Sequence record: PP920552.1 | Length of the DNA: 44,881 bases | From: Escherichia phage SM_A2 | Direction: 5' to 3' (one strand) | Shown: positions 9,656 through 18,001 of the stretch, one piece after another | Position numbering within the stretch: position 1 is the stretch's first letter | Layout of the letters: each line of letters starts with the position of its first letter | Notes under the pieces: generated by a model | Databases searched by the model: none | The model's input: only the letters and a program-made list of their open reading frames with translations | Told to the model about the DNA's origin: nothing | Made by a program: the position numbers and the translations under genes

Positions 9656-10249
9656 GTGGCTGAGGTATACTCGTTCGCCGCCACCATCGCCACCTGGGTG
9701 GATAAGACGAAGGAGAATAACGACAAGGCGGTGCGGGCGACCGGTATGCAAATACTCGGACGCCTGATTGAGATTTCCCCGGTGGGCGACCCCCGCCGGT
9801 GGAAGATTAACAGGGCGTTCGCGATGGCCCGCCAGCACGCGAACAAGGTGAACGCCGCACAGCGCCGCAAGAATGGCGGCAAACTGAAGCGCGGGCAGAA
9901 GAAACACGCAAGTGTGCTCGTCTCGTTTAAGACTAAAGACGGCAACGTCACATTTCACCAGCGTGGCTGGGCCGCGAAGAATTACACCGGCGGACGCTTC
10001 CGGGGAAACTGGCAGGTGACTTTCGACCGTCCGGCTGTCGGCGCTATCGACAGAGTGGACAAGGCTGGAACGGCAACATTAGCCGCAGGGCGTGACGTGC
10101 TGGCGCATTACGATTCTGGCGAATACGGATCGATCTGGTTTACTAATAATGTGCCGTATGCGCAGCGACTGGAGTATGGCTGGAGTAAACAAGCGCCAGC
10201 GGGGATTGTTCGCGTTGTGGCGGCAGAAATCAATTCTAAGGTGAAATAA
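9656..10249 (+). CDS. neck / tail-terminator-like structural protein (putative)
   Basis: GTG start at 9656 with AAGGGG RBS; 197 aa; position in neck module. Confidence 0.4.
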   Translation: MAEVYSFAATIATWVDKTKENNDKAVRATGMQILGRLIEISPVGDPRRWKINRAFAMARQHANKVNAAQRRKNGGKLKRGQKKHASVLVSFKTKDGNVTFHQRGWAAKNYTGGRFRGNWQVTFDRPAVGAIDRVDKAGTATLAAGRDVLAHYDSGEYGSIWFTNNVPYAQRLEYGWSKQAPAGIVRVVAAEINSKVK

Positions 10250-10671
10250 TGAGCAATACTCTAATCCGCAAGGCGCTTAACAGCGTAGTAGAAGAATTGG
10301 CGGTTAGCCTGAGCACTAACCAGCGTCCGATCCAGGTTAACTGGGAGAACGTGAAGGGCGACCACGCAAACGGCAATGGCGTATACCTTGAGCCGTACCT
10401 GCTACCGGCCCCGACCCAGTTTGCGGGCTTACAGCAGAAGGGCCGGATCTATGCTGGCGTATATCAGGTTGCCTTGGTGTTCCCGGCTGGCACTGGCACA
10501 CAGTACGCGAGCGAACTGGCGGACGCCATCACTACGTCTGATAAGTGGCTGGCGGTGAAGATTTCCGGTGCGTCATTTCAGCTTCAGGACGCGCCATACA
10601 CCAGTTCAGTGATTGAAGACGTTGATCGCGCCCGCATCGTGGTTACAGTACCCTACACCTGTTGCGCCTGA
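10249..10671 (+). CDS. tail completion protein (putative)
   Basis: ATG overlapping the previous stop (TAATG); 140 aa; position just upstream of the major tail gene. Confidence 0.4.
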   Translation: MSNTLIRKALNSVVEELAVSLSTNQRPIQVNWENVKGDHANGNGVYLEPYLLPAPTQFAGLQQKGRIYAGVYQVALVFPAGTGTQYASELADAITTSDKWLAVKISGASFQLQDAPYTSSVIEDVDRARIVVTVPYTCCA

Positions 10672-10732
10672 TTTGGCGCTATTCTGCGCGTGCTGTATCA
10701 TTAAACCGTATATCTAAACAGGAGTGTTCATT

Positions 10733-11458
10733 ATGGGTTATCAACTTCCTAACGGGTCTAGCGTCCAGATTGGGTCCGTACTGGGCAGCGGCATCGCTGT
10801 TACGGCAGCTACCAACGCCGCCGCGTCGATCTCTGATCTTACGAAAGGTTGCGTTATCACCTGCGCGGCTTCTCATGGCCTGCAAGTTGGTGACGTGGTT
10901 ATGTTCACTAAAACCCCGTGGGTCCGTGCGCTGAACCGCGCGTTCATCGTGGGTAAAGTGGCGACTAACGACGTTACGCTGGCGCGCTTCGACACCTCGG
11001 ACGTTACCAAATATCCTACCGGTGCTTTCGGCGTAGGCACACCAGGCGAGGTGGTGAAGGTGTCGAGCTTTATCGACTTCCCGTTTATCACTAACGTCGC
11101 CGTGTCTGGTGGCGACCAGCAGACTACTACCTTCCAGCCGTTGCAGGTGAATACCGCGATTAGTCTGAACACCACGAAAAACCCGTTGGTCCAGACTTAC
11201 ACCTTCACCCATGACGAAGAAGACCCGATCCGCCCAATCCTGGAAGACCTGGACGACACACAGAAAACCACTGTGATTAAGTTCACTAACCCAGCGGCAG
11301 CAAGCGGCAAAGGTGAGATTCGCATTTACCCGGCTAAGGTGTCTTTCCGGAAGATTCCATCGGCTGAAGTAAACAACGTGGAGACGGTGGAGTCCACTCT
11401 GACCATGCAATCCGATATGGTTATTTACCGTAAGGACCTGGTTGAAGCGCTGTCGTAA
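10733..11458 (+). CDS. major tail protein (putative)
   Basis: ATG 10733 with AGGAG RBS; 241 aa; followed by a strong terminator; position upstream of the chaperone and tape measure genes. Confidence 0.6.
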   Translation: MGYQLPNGSSVQIGSVLGSGIAVTAATNAAASISDLTKGCVITCAASHGLQVGDVVMFTKTPWVRALNRAFIVGKVATNDVTLARFDTSDVTKYPTGAFGVGTPGEVVKVSSFIDFPFITNVAVSGGDQQTTTFQPLQVNTAISLNTTKNPLVQTYTFTHDEEDPIRPILEDLDDTQKTTVIKFTNPAAASGKGEIRIYPAKVSFRKIPSAEVNNVETVESTLTMQSDMVIYRKDLVEALS

Positions 11459-11488
11459 TTTGGTCGCTTAAATAGCGGGTGTTAATAT

Positions 11489-11512
11489 GGGGCCAGTACG
11501 GCCCCTTTTTTA
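11489..11512 (+). terminator. intrinsic terminator after major tail gene
   Basis: GGGGCC-AGTAC-GGCCCC hairpin followed by T6. Confidence 0.8.
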
Positions 11513-11527
11513 TTGGAGAATACTACA

Positions 11528-11890
11528 ATGGCAAAAGCACCACTCTTTACACTTGACCCTAAGCCGACTTTTAAGCTGCCGATTGAAATACCGCGCCCTG
11601 GAGAAAACGAACCGGGAAAAATGACGTTTACCGTGCGCCACCGCCCGATCGACGAATTTTCGCAGACCATGCAGGATACTGAGCGCAAGTTGTCGGAGTA
11701 TGACGACAATGACCCTGACGGCTTTAACGTTATGGTCGAGGCCATAATGCACGTCGCAGAAGGCTGGAATCTGCCGGACGAATTTAACGCAGAGAACGTC
11801 CGCCGCCTGGTGGTCAACTATCCGCGTGCGTTCGGCGTGTTCCACACTTCGTACTATCTCGAACTGATGGGATTGCGTGAAAAAAACTAA
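11528..11890 (+). CDS. tail assembly chaperone (gpG-like)
   Basis: ATG 11528 with GGAGAA RBS; acidic 120-aa protein immediately upstream of the tape measure region; ends in a slippery heptamer. Confidence 0.7.
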   Translation: MAKAPLFTLDPKPTFKLPIEIPRPGENEPGKMTFTVRHRPIDEFSQTMQDTERKLSEYDDNDPDGFNVMVEAIMHVAEGWNLPDEFNAENVRRLVVNYPRAFGVFHTSYYLELMGLREKN

Positions 11891-12204
11891 TTGAGGCGGC
11901 GCGACGCTTTTATGGCCCGCCGCCACCATCCGAAGATTTAGCCGCGAGTTTATGGGGCGCGACCCCTGAAGACGTTTGCCCTCCGGTTGCACTATGGCCA
12001 GACAATGCGAAGGTAGTCGCAGTCTTCACAGATTGCTCCACGCAATGGCGTACCGGATTCGGTGGCGCATACGGCATCGACTACGGCGTACTGGAATGGC
12101 TATTTAAGATGCACGGCATCGAAAACGCGCAACGTGCGTTTAAAGATATCAAGCTAATGGAACGCGTTGCGCTGGATGAAATGGCGCGGCAGAACCCCGC
12201 ATAA
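11528..12204 (+). CDS. tail assembly chaperone frameshift product (gpGT-like, via -1 shift at 11881-11887)
   Basis: The -1 frame is open from the slippery site A_AAA_AAC (11881-11887) to TAA at 12202-12204 (about 105 further codons) and has no start codon of its own. Confidence 0.6.
11881..11887 (+). other. programmed -1 ribosomal frameshift slippery heptamer A_AAA_AAC
   Basis: X_XXY_YYZ heptamer at the last codons of the chaperone ORF, 1 nt before its stop; -1 frame continues open downstream. Confidence 0.6.
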
Positions 12205-12588
12205 CGGAGCGGGACAGGCGGGACGTCCCGTTTTGCCCCGCACCTCTAAAACTGCATATTTACGCACCACAATTGCATAAATTAAAAGCGGGACAGGCGG
12301 GACGCCCCGTTTTGTCCCACCCCCAAAATGTGAATGTCTATTCAGTTTTAGTGCATAAACTAAGCGGGACAAAAAGCGGGACAGAATGAGGCGGGACAAA
12401 GCGGGACAGCACCCCCGTCCCCACCAGTGCTGCCGCGGTTTTTAGCCGATCGGGACAGGCGGGACAAAGCCCAGTCTTTCAGACTAGACGGGGGTCAATG
12501 GCCCCCCTCGTCTGAGACTGAATAAGGTTTGTTTTAAATTCGCTGATACAATGACAAACGGCAACTGCATAAAAAGGGGGACTGCATA
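12205..12588. repeat. non-coding iteron/hairpin element, copy 1
   Basis: 384-bp gap with no convincing ORF; about 10 copies of GCGGGAC(A); two 35-bp direct repeats (12209-12243 and 12288-12322); a long imperfect hairpin at 12472-12520; A(C/T)TGCATAA copies. Confidence 0.8.
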
Positions 12589-15231
12589 ATGGCAGATCAG
12601 GCAGCGGGCATCACGCTCAAGGCGGACGTCGCGCAAATTAAAACGGCGAATACTGTGCTGGACACATTTGCGCAGAAATCCGAGAACACAGAACAGAAAG
12701 TCAAAAAATTAAACGACACCCTCGGCAAGTCGAAAAAGGTCACGGGTGACGCCGCTGGCGGAATGGAAAAGTTAGCGACTGAATCTCAGCGTGCCGCCGA
12801 CGGCATGACGAAACAGGAGCGACTCGCCAGCCGATTAGGCATGTCGACCAAAAACCTGGGATTCGCATCGCGGAACGCCGCATTCCAGTTACAGGATATC
12901 GCGGTTACGCTTGAGATGGGTATGCCGGTGCACCGCGTCATGCTTCAGCAGCTACCACAGCTAACCGGCGCATTTGGCGGACTAGGTAACACGCTGCGTT
13001 ATGTTGCAGGCTTCCTCGGCCCCGTAGGGATCGGCCTTGCCGCCGTAACGGCGACGTTAGGCGTGGGTGTTGCAATTACGTCCCGAGCAGAGAACCAGGT
13101 AGCGGCGCTTAATAAGACGCTGGCACTTTCCGGTAACATTTCCGGCCTGACGGCAAACCAGATCCTGGTGCTATCCGAGAACGCCGAGCGCATGGGTGGG
13201 TCGTTCCGCAAGACGCGTGACACAATCCAGGCGCTGGCGGCGGCGGGTGTGAAAGCGGGTGGTGACTTCGGCGCACTGGCGAAGGTAGTGAATGACTTCG
13301 CGAAGGTGTCCAGCCAGCCGATCGAGGATGTGGTAGCGGCGGTGGCGAAGCTGTCAACCGACCCCGTTGGCGGACTGCGTGCGCTGGCGGATAAGTATCA
13401 CGTCGTAAACGAAGCGCAGATCCAGCAGGTACAGTCGCTCGTTGATGCGGGTCGTGAGACAGACGCAGTTGCGTTGGCTAACAAAACAGCCGCTGCGTCG
13501 TTCACCAGCATGACCAATGAGATCAAGGCGAACATGGGTACGCTTGAGCGATCTATGAACGTCGTCACATCGGCAGCCAAATCAATGTGGGATGCCATCC
13601 TGGATGTGGGCCGCGCGCAGTCCTCCAATGAATCCGAGATGAAAGCGCGCGAATCACTGCAGCGGCTGACCACGGCTTACTATGCCGAGATGAAAGCGGT
13701 AAACGCTGCCGGTGGGGTAATGACTGAAGCGCAGAAAGCACGTATTAACATGCTTTACAGCGAACTGGTCGCCCAGGAAAAAGTGGTGGCGTCGCTCACC
13801 CTTCGTAACCGTGCGGAGCGAGACAACGCCCGCGCCGCAGACGAATCCGCAAAGGCGAACGAGGAGGCCAACCGCACTGCCCGTGACCGCGCCGCGTTCG
13901 AGAAGGAATACGCCACCAACGCTAAGAAGCGCGCCGACGAGATCGCCCGCCTCAATTTGCTGAATAAGCGCGGCGTTATTGATGAGAAAGAACTAGCCGA
14001 GGCGGTGAAGCAGGTAAACGAGCGGTACAAAGACCCAGCCCCGAAAAAGGCCGCGGCGGTTCGCGTGGATGCCGGTATGAAAATGCTGGAAGTCGCACGG
14101 AGCGAACTGGCCCAGCTTCGAGAATCCGGCAAGCAGATCGAAGCCAACGCGTCTACGCAGACCCGCACGCAACGCGCTCAAGCGGCCTTAAACAAGCTGA
14201 TCGCCGACAATGAGCAGTTAATCGCTGCGAGCAAAGAAAGAGCGCTAACGGCAGCAGAAAAGCAGCAATTAGTCGAGTTCGGGCGCGTGAAGGAAGTCCG
14301 CGAGCAGATCGTCGAAGAAGCCAAATTGCTGGATGCGAAAGAGCAGCAGGTTAAGGCGCACGCGCAGATCGATGCCTTCGTTAAGAACCAGAACGCCGAA
14401 CTAAAAGCCACCGCCGCGGGGTATGCGCTTTCCACTCGCGAAGCGGCAAACCTGCGCGAAGAATTGCAGCTAATTGACCGCCTGAAGCGGGTTGGCGCTA
14501 ACGATACCGATATTGATAAGGCGGTGTCTAAGCTGCGAGAAGTGCAGGAAGCACAGACCGGCGCTAACGCCTCGTTATGGGATGGATTCAGTCGCGGGCT
14601 TAAGGATAGCGTGGATGAAATGGGTAACGGATATACGCAGATGGCGTCTCTCACGAAATTCACATTCAGCGCTATGCAGGACACGATGAACGAGTTTTTC
14701 GAGACTGGCAAGCTGAACGCAAAGGATATGGTTAAGTCCATCCTGAGCGAATTAATCAAGCTGGCTACCTCGCAGGCGTTCAAGTCCATCGTTAGCGCTT
14801 TCGGTGGCGACGGCGGCAAAAACGGATTGTTCGGCGCTATCTTCTCGGGCCTCACCAAGAATGCGGACGGCGGAGCGTACGCAGGAGGCAATCTCGCGGC
14901 CTATTCTGGGAAAGTGGTAAGCCAGCCTACCTTTTTCAGTTATGGCGTCCAGGCGTTCGCTAAGGGCGCAGGATTGATGGGCGAGGCTGGTCCCGAGGCC
15001 ATCATGCCGCTGAAGCGCGGGCCGGACGGGAAACTGGGCGTTGCCGCGTCTGGCGCAGGCGGTGGTATGGTCGTGACGACTAACGTTTACACGGGGACCG
15101 GTAAAACGGATACCAGTGTCAGCGGGCCGGATCCCCGTACCGCGCAGGCGTTCGGCAAGCAAATCACCGAGGCGGTGAAGGCCGAGATCGTGAAGGCGAC
15201 GAAACCGGGTGGTGTACTTTACAAACGATGA
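12589..15231 (+). CDS. tail tape measure protein
   Basis: 880 aa; long alpha-helical, Ala/Gln/Lys-rich sequence with a Gly-rich C-terminal part; ATG with AAGGGGG RBS; follows the G/GT chaperone. Confidence 0.9.
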   Translation: MADQAAGITLKADVAQIKTANTVLDTFAQKSENTEQKVKKLNDTLGKSKKVTGDAAGGMEKLATESQRAADGMTKQERLASRLGMSTKNLGFASRNAAFQLQDIAVTLEMGMPVHRVMLQQLPQLTGAFGGLGNTLRYVAGFLGPVGIGLAAVTATLGVGVAITSRAENQVAALNKTLALSGNISGLTANQILVLSENAERMGGSFRKTRDTIQALAAAGVKAGGDFGALAKVVNDFAKVSSQPIEDVVAAVAKLSTDPVGGLRALADKYHVVNEAQIQQVQSLVDAGRETDAVALANKTAAASFTSMTNEIKANMGTLERSMNVVTSAAKSMWDAILDVGRAQSSNESEMKARESLQRLTTAYYAEMKAVNAAGGVMTEAQKARINMLYSELVAQEKVVASLTLRNRAERDNARAADESAKANEEANRTARDRAAFEKEYATNAKKRADEIARLNLLNKRGVIDEKELAEAVKQVNERYKDPAPKKAAAVRVDAGMKMLEVARSELAQLRESGKQIEANASTQTRTQRAQAALNKLIADNEQLIAASKERALTAAEKQQLVEFGRVKEVREQIVEEAKLLDAKEQQVKAHAQIDAFVKNQNAELKATAAGYALSTREAANLREELQLIDRLKRVGANDTDIDKAVSKLREVQEAQTGANASLWDGFSRGLKDSVDEMGNGYTQMASLTKFTFSAMQDTMNEFFETGKLNAKDMVKSILSELIKLATSQAFKSIVSAFGGDGGKNGLFGAIFSGLTKNADGGAYAGGNLAAYSGKVVSQPTFFSYGVQAFAKGAGLMGEAGPEAIMPLKRGPDGKLGVAASGAGGGMVVTTNVYTGTGKTDTSVSGPDPRTAQAFGKQITEAVKAEIVKATKPGGVLYKR

Positions 15232-15265
15232 TAAAATGGCCCTCACTACAACGTGGGGGCTTTTT

Positions 15266-15865
15266 ATGTCACAAGGTACAATCACACTAACGAAAGGAAG
15301 TAAGACCGTCACGGGCGCGGGAACGGCGTTCCTTAGCGAGATCGGGAAGGTACTCGTATTCGCCCGCATCGACGGCAACGACTACACCGGCAAAATTGCG
15401 GCATTCAACTCGAACACGGTCATTACTCTGAAAGATAACTGGGCCGGTCCGACGAAATCCGGTGCGGCATATGAGCTAATCGAAGCACACGACCCGCGAT
15501 CAAACGAATGGCCCTATTACTGGCACATGCAATTGCAAGGCGGCGGAGACGTGCAGTTGTCTTTCCGGTCCGAGGAATTGCAATTTGGTAACGGTTACGG
15601 ACAGAACATCGCGGACGGCCCGAACGCCGAAACGAAACAGTTCCCCGTGCAATTCGTCGGGCTGACTACGGACAAATGGTGCGACCCTAAACTGGTTTAC
15701 AACTTCCTTCGCGGTCACTTCGTAAAACCGTTTGTCGTCACAGCACCAGATGGCGAAACAGGTTTATTCGTGGTCGAGCGTTCGAGCTTGTCGTACACGG
15801 ACAACGGGCACTACACGGCAACGGTATCCGCCACCCTTAAGACTGCTATTGGATTCGTAAGATGA
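15266..15865 (+). CDS. minor tail protein (gpM-like, putative)
   Basis: ATG 15266 with GGGGG RBS (an in-frame ATG at 15236 is an alternative); position directly after the tape measure gene. Confidence 0.55.
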   Translation: MSQGTITLTKGSKTVTGAGTAFLSEIGKVLVFARIDGNDYTGKIAAFNSNTVITLKDNWAGPTKSGAAYELIEAHDPRSNEWPYYWHMQLQGGGDVQLSFRSEELQFGNGYGQNIADGPNAETKQFPVQFVGLTTDKWCDPKLVYNFLRGHFVKPFVVTAPDGETGLFVVERSSLSYTDNGHYTATVSATLKTAIGFVR

Positions 15866-16650
15866 ATAAACTTTATCGCGAGGCGACGCGCTTTGACCCA
15901 TCGGGCCGCGTTCGCCTGATTCACATTGACGCGCAGGACGTGGAACCAGGCGACGGCGCGATCGGAGCGGGCCATCACTATTTTCATTACTGCTTCATTC
16001 CGCACACTGCCGAGGATATTGCTGCCGCTGGTGGTGACGAGGATAAGCTAAAACCTAAATCCATCTTCTTCGGCGGGCAGGAGTTCGAATTCTGGCCCTT
16101 CGATTTGTCCGGCCTTAACTTCTCCACCTCGACGGCGGCAGAACCGCAACTAACAATCGTCGATATTGGCGGCATAATAACCCGGCTGTCGCTGAACCAC
16201 GACCAGCTACTTGGCGCGAAGGTTGAGATCATTGATACGTTCGCGAAGTTCCTGGATAACGGCTCGGACCCAGACCCTACGCAAAAGCGAGTCCAGGAGT
16301 ATTACATCGACTCGCAGGTCGGGCGCAATCCGGGCAAGCAAATTACCTTCGCACTATCCTCGCCTGCGGATATGGAAGGGCAGGTCGTTCCCCGTCGCCA
16401 AATCATGAATATGTGCGAATGGGCGCTCAACGGGAAGTACGCCAGCGGGGACGGGTGCACCTGGAACCTTGCGAGGCCCGGTATCAAGTATTACGACGAG
16501 CGAGGTAATGAAGTCATTGCGATGAATATGGACCGATGCGGCGGCTGTTTGTCCGACTGTTATCTTCGATTTGGGCAAGGGCTTGCGGACCCTAAAGCGG
16601 CGGTGCTTGACTTCGGCGGCTTTCCGGGGTCCAGATTAATTAAGGGGTAG
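15862..16650 (+). CDS. minor tail protein L-like
   Basis: 262 aa; C-terminal cysteine cluster (CGGCLSDC) consistent with the Fe-S site of lambda gpL-family proteins; conserved M-L-K-I-J order. Confidence 0.8.
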   Translation: MNKLYREATRFDPSGRVRLIHIDAQDVEPGDGAIGAGHHYFHYCFIPHTAEDIAAAGGDEDKLKPKSIFFGGQEFEFWPFDLSGLNFSTSTAAEPQLTIVDIGGIITRLSLNHDQLLGAKVEIIDTFAKFLDNGSDPDPTQKRVQEYYIDSQVGRNPGKQITFALSSPADMEGQVVPRRQIMNMCEWALNGKYASGDGCTWNLARPGIKYYDERGNEVIAMNMDRCGGCLSDCYLRFGQGLADPKAAVLDFGGFPGSRLIKG

Positions 16651-16652
16651 TT

Positions 16653-17393
16653 ATGTTAACGAAAAAGGTTAAAAGCGATATCGCCGCACACGTTGCGGCG
16701 TGTCTGCCGGAAGAAGCCTGTGGCCTGGTTGTCATGGTGGGTCGTAAGCAAGTGTTCGTCCCATGTCTGAACGTATTCGAAGACCCGACCGGCGTGCGCT
16801 CCCGCAAAGACGCTTTTACGATTAGTGATATGGCCTGGATGGATGCCGAGGATATGGGCGACGTCGTGCGCGTAGTCCACTCACACCCGGGTCAGCGCGA
16901 GTTAACCCCCTCACTGGGCGACGTTAACGGATGCAACGGCAGCGGCGTAGTGTGGACCATCACTAACGAATATGGCGACTTTATTGAGATTGACCCGGAA
17001 GACCCGCCGCTGGTAGGCCGCCGATTTGTTCTCGGAATTACGGATTGTTACGGCCTCGTCATGGACTGGCACAAAAAGCAGGGAGTAAATTTGCCAGACT
17101 TCCGCGTGCCGTATAACTGGTGGGAGACAGGCGAAAATCTGTATATGGATAACTGGTACGGCGCGGGATTCAGGGAATGCGAGGAGAATACGCCGGGGGC
17201 GATGGTCATCATGCAGATTAGCGCGCCAGTGCCTAACCACGCCGGGATATTCCTTCCGGGCAACCAACTCCTACACCATATCTACGGCAGTCTGTCGAGC
17301 GTGATACCCTTCCGGTCAGGATTTTTCCGGGACAATGTGGTTAAATGGGTACGTCATAAAGACCTACCGGGGAATATAACAGAATGGCAATGA
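16653..17393 (+). CDS. tail assembly protein K-like (JAB/MPN + NlpC/P60 domains)
   Basis: JAMM motif HSHPGQRELTPSLGD (HxHx7Sx2D) and NlpC/P60-type Cys in DCYGLV. Confidence 0.85.
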   Translation: MLTKKVKSDIAAHVAACLPEEACGLVVMVGRKQVFVPCLNVFEDPTGVRSRKDAFTISDMAWMDAEDMGDVVRVVHSHPGQRELTPSLGDVNGCNGSGVVWTITNEYGDFIEIDPEDPPLVGRRFVLGITDCYGLVMDWHKKQGVNLPDFRVPYNWWETGENLYMDNWYGAGFRECEENTPGAMVIMQISAPVPNHAGIFLPGNQLLHHIYGSLSSVIPFRSGFFRDNVVKWVRHKDLPGNITEWQ

Positions 17394-18001
17394 CCACATT
17401 TAAATTATACGGCGTTTTAGGACGTCGATTCGGTAAAGTGCATAAGCTGGACTGCTTCACTCCGGGCGAGGGTATCACCGGCCTGTGCGTGAAGTTACCC
17501 GGCTTACAGGACTTTCTAATGTCGGCCCACCTGGACAATATGATGTTCAAGGTGCGCAAAGGCGACCACACGATGACCGGCTATGATGAGCTGGGCGAGT
17601 TCCACGGCAACCGCGTAGTTACCATCGCGCCGGTTATGACGGGCGCAAAAAGAGGGTTGGGACAATTGCTGGCGGGTGTCGCGATCGTAGTGGCGTCGTT
17701 CTATACGGGCGGACTTGCTACTGCCGCTTTCGGGGCTTCGGCTGCAACCGCTGCCGCTATCGGAACGGCGACGTTTTCGTTCGGGATGTCGATGGCGCTG
17801 GGTGGCGTTATGCAATTGCTGTCGCCACAACCGAAAGGATTGCAGACAAGGCAGGACGTGGATAACAAAGCGTCGTACGCGTTCGGCGGGCCAGTGAATA
17901 CAACAGCGCAAGGCACGGCGCTTGGTGTATTATGGGGCGAGCGTGAGATCGGCGGCGCTATTATTTCAGCCGGAATCGTAACCGAGGACTTGAACGAATG
18001 A
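17384..18001 (+). CDS. tail assembly protein I-like
   Basis: 205 aa; C-terminal Ala/Gly-rich hydrophobic segment (GLATAAFGASAATAAAIGTATF) typical of gpI-family proteins; position between K-like and J-like genes. Confidence 0.8.
   Translation: MAMTTFKLYGVLGRRFGKVHKLDCFTPGEGITGLCVKLPGLQDFLMSAHLDNMMFKVRKGDHTMTGYDELGEFHGNRVVTIAPVMTGAKRGLGQLLAGVAIVVASFYTGGLATAAFGASAATAAAIGTATFSFGMSMALGGVMQLLSPQPKGLQTRQDVDNKASYAFGGPVNTTAQGTALGVLWGEREIGGAIISAGIVTEDLNE

Noticed and set aside
12154-12399. 81-aa minus-strand ORF across the iteron region
   Set aside because: Runs through the GCGGGACA repeat element and the 3' end of the GT frameshift extension; composition reflects the repeats; no start context.
12205-12530. 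Possible CRISPR array suggested by the many GCGGGACA repeats (also 39742-39914)
   Set aside because: Repeat unit is only 7-8 bp with irregular 2-10 bp spacing and no uniform spacers; there are no cas genes. Arrays of this kind are iterons or hairpins, not CRISPR.
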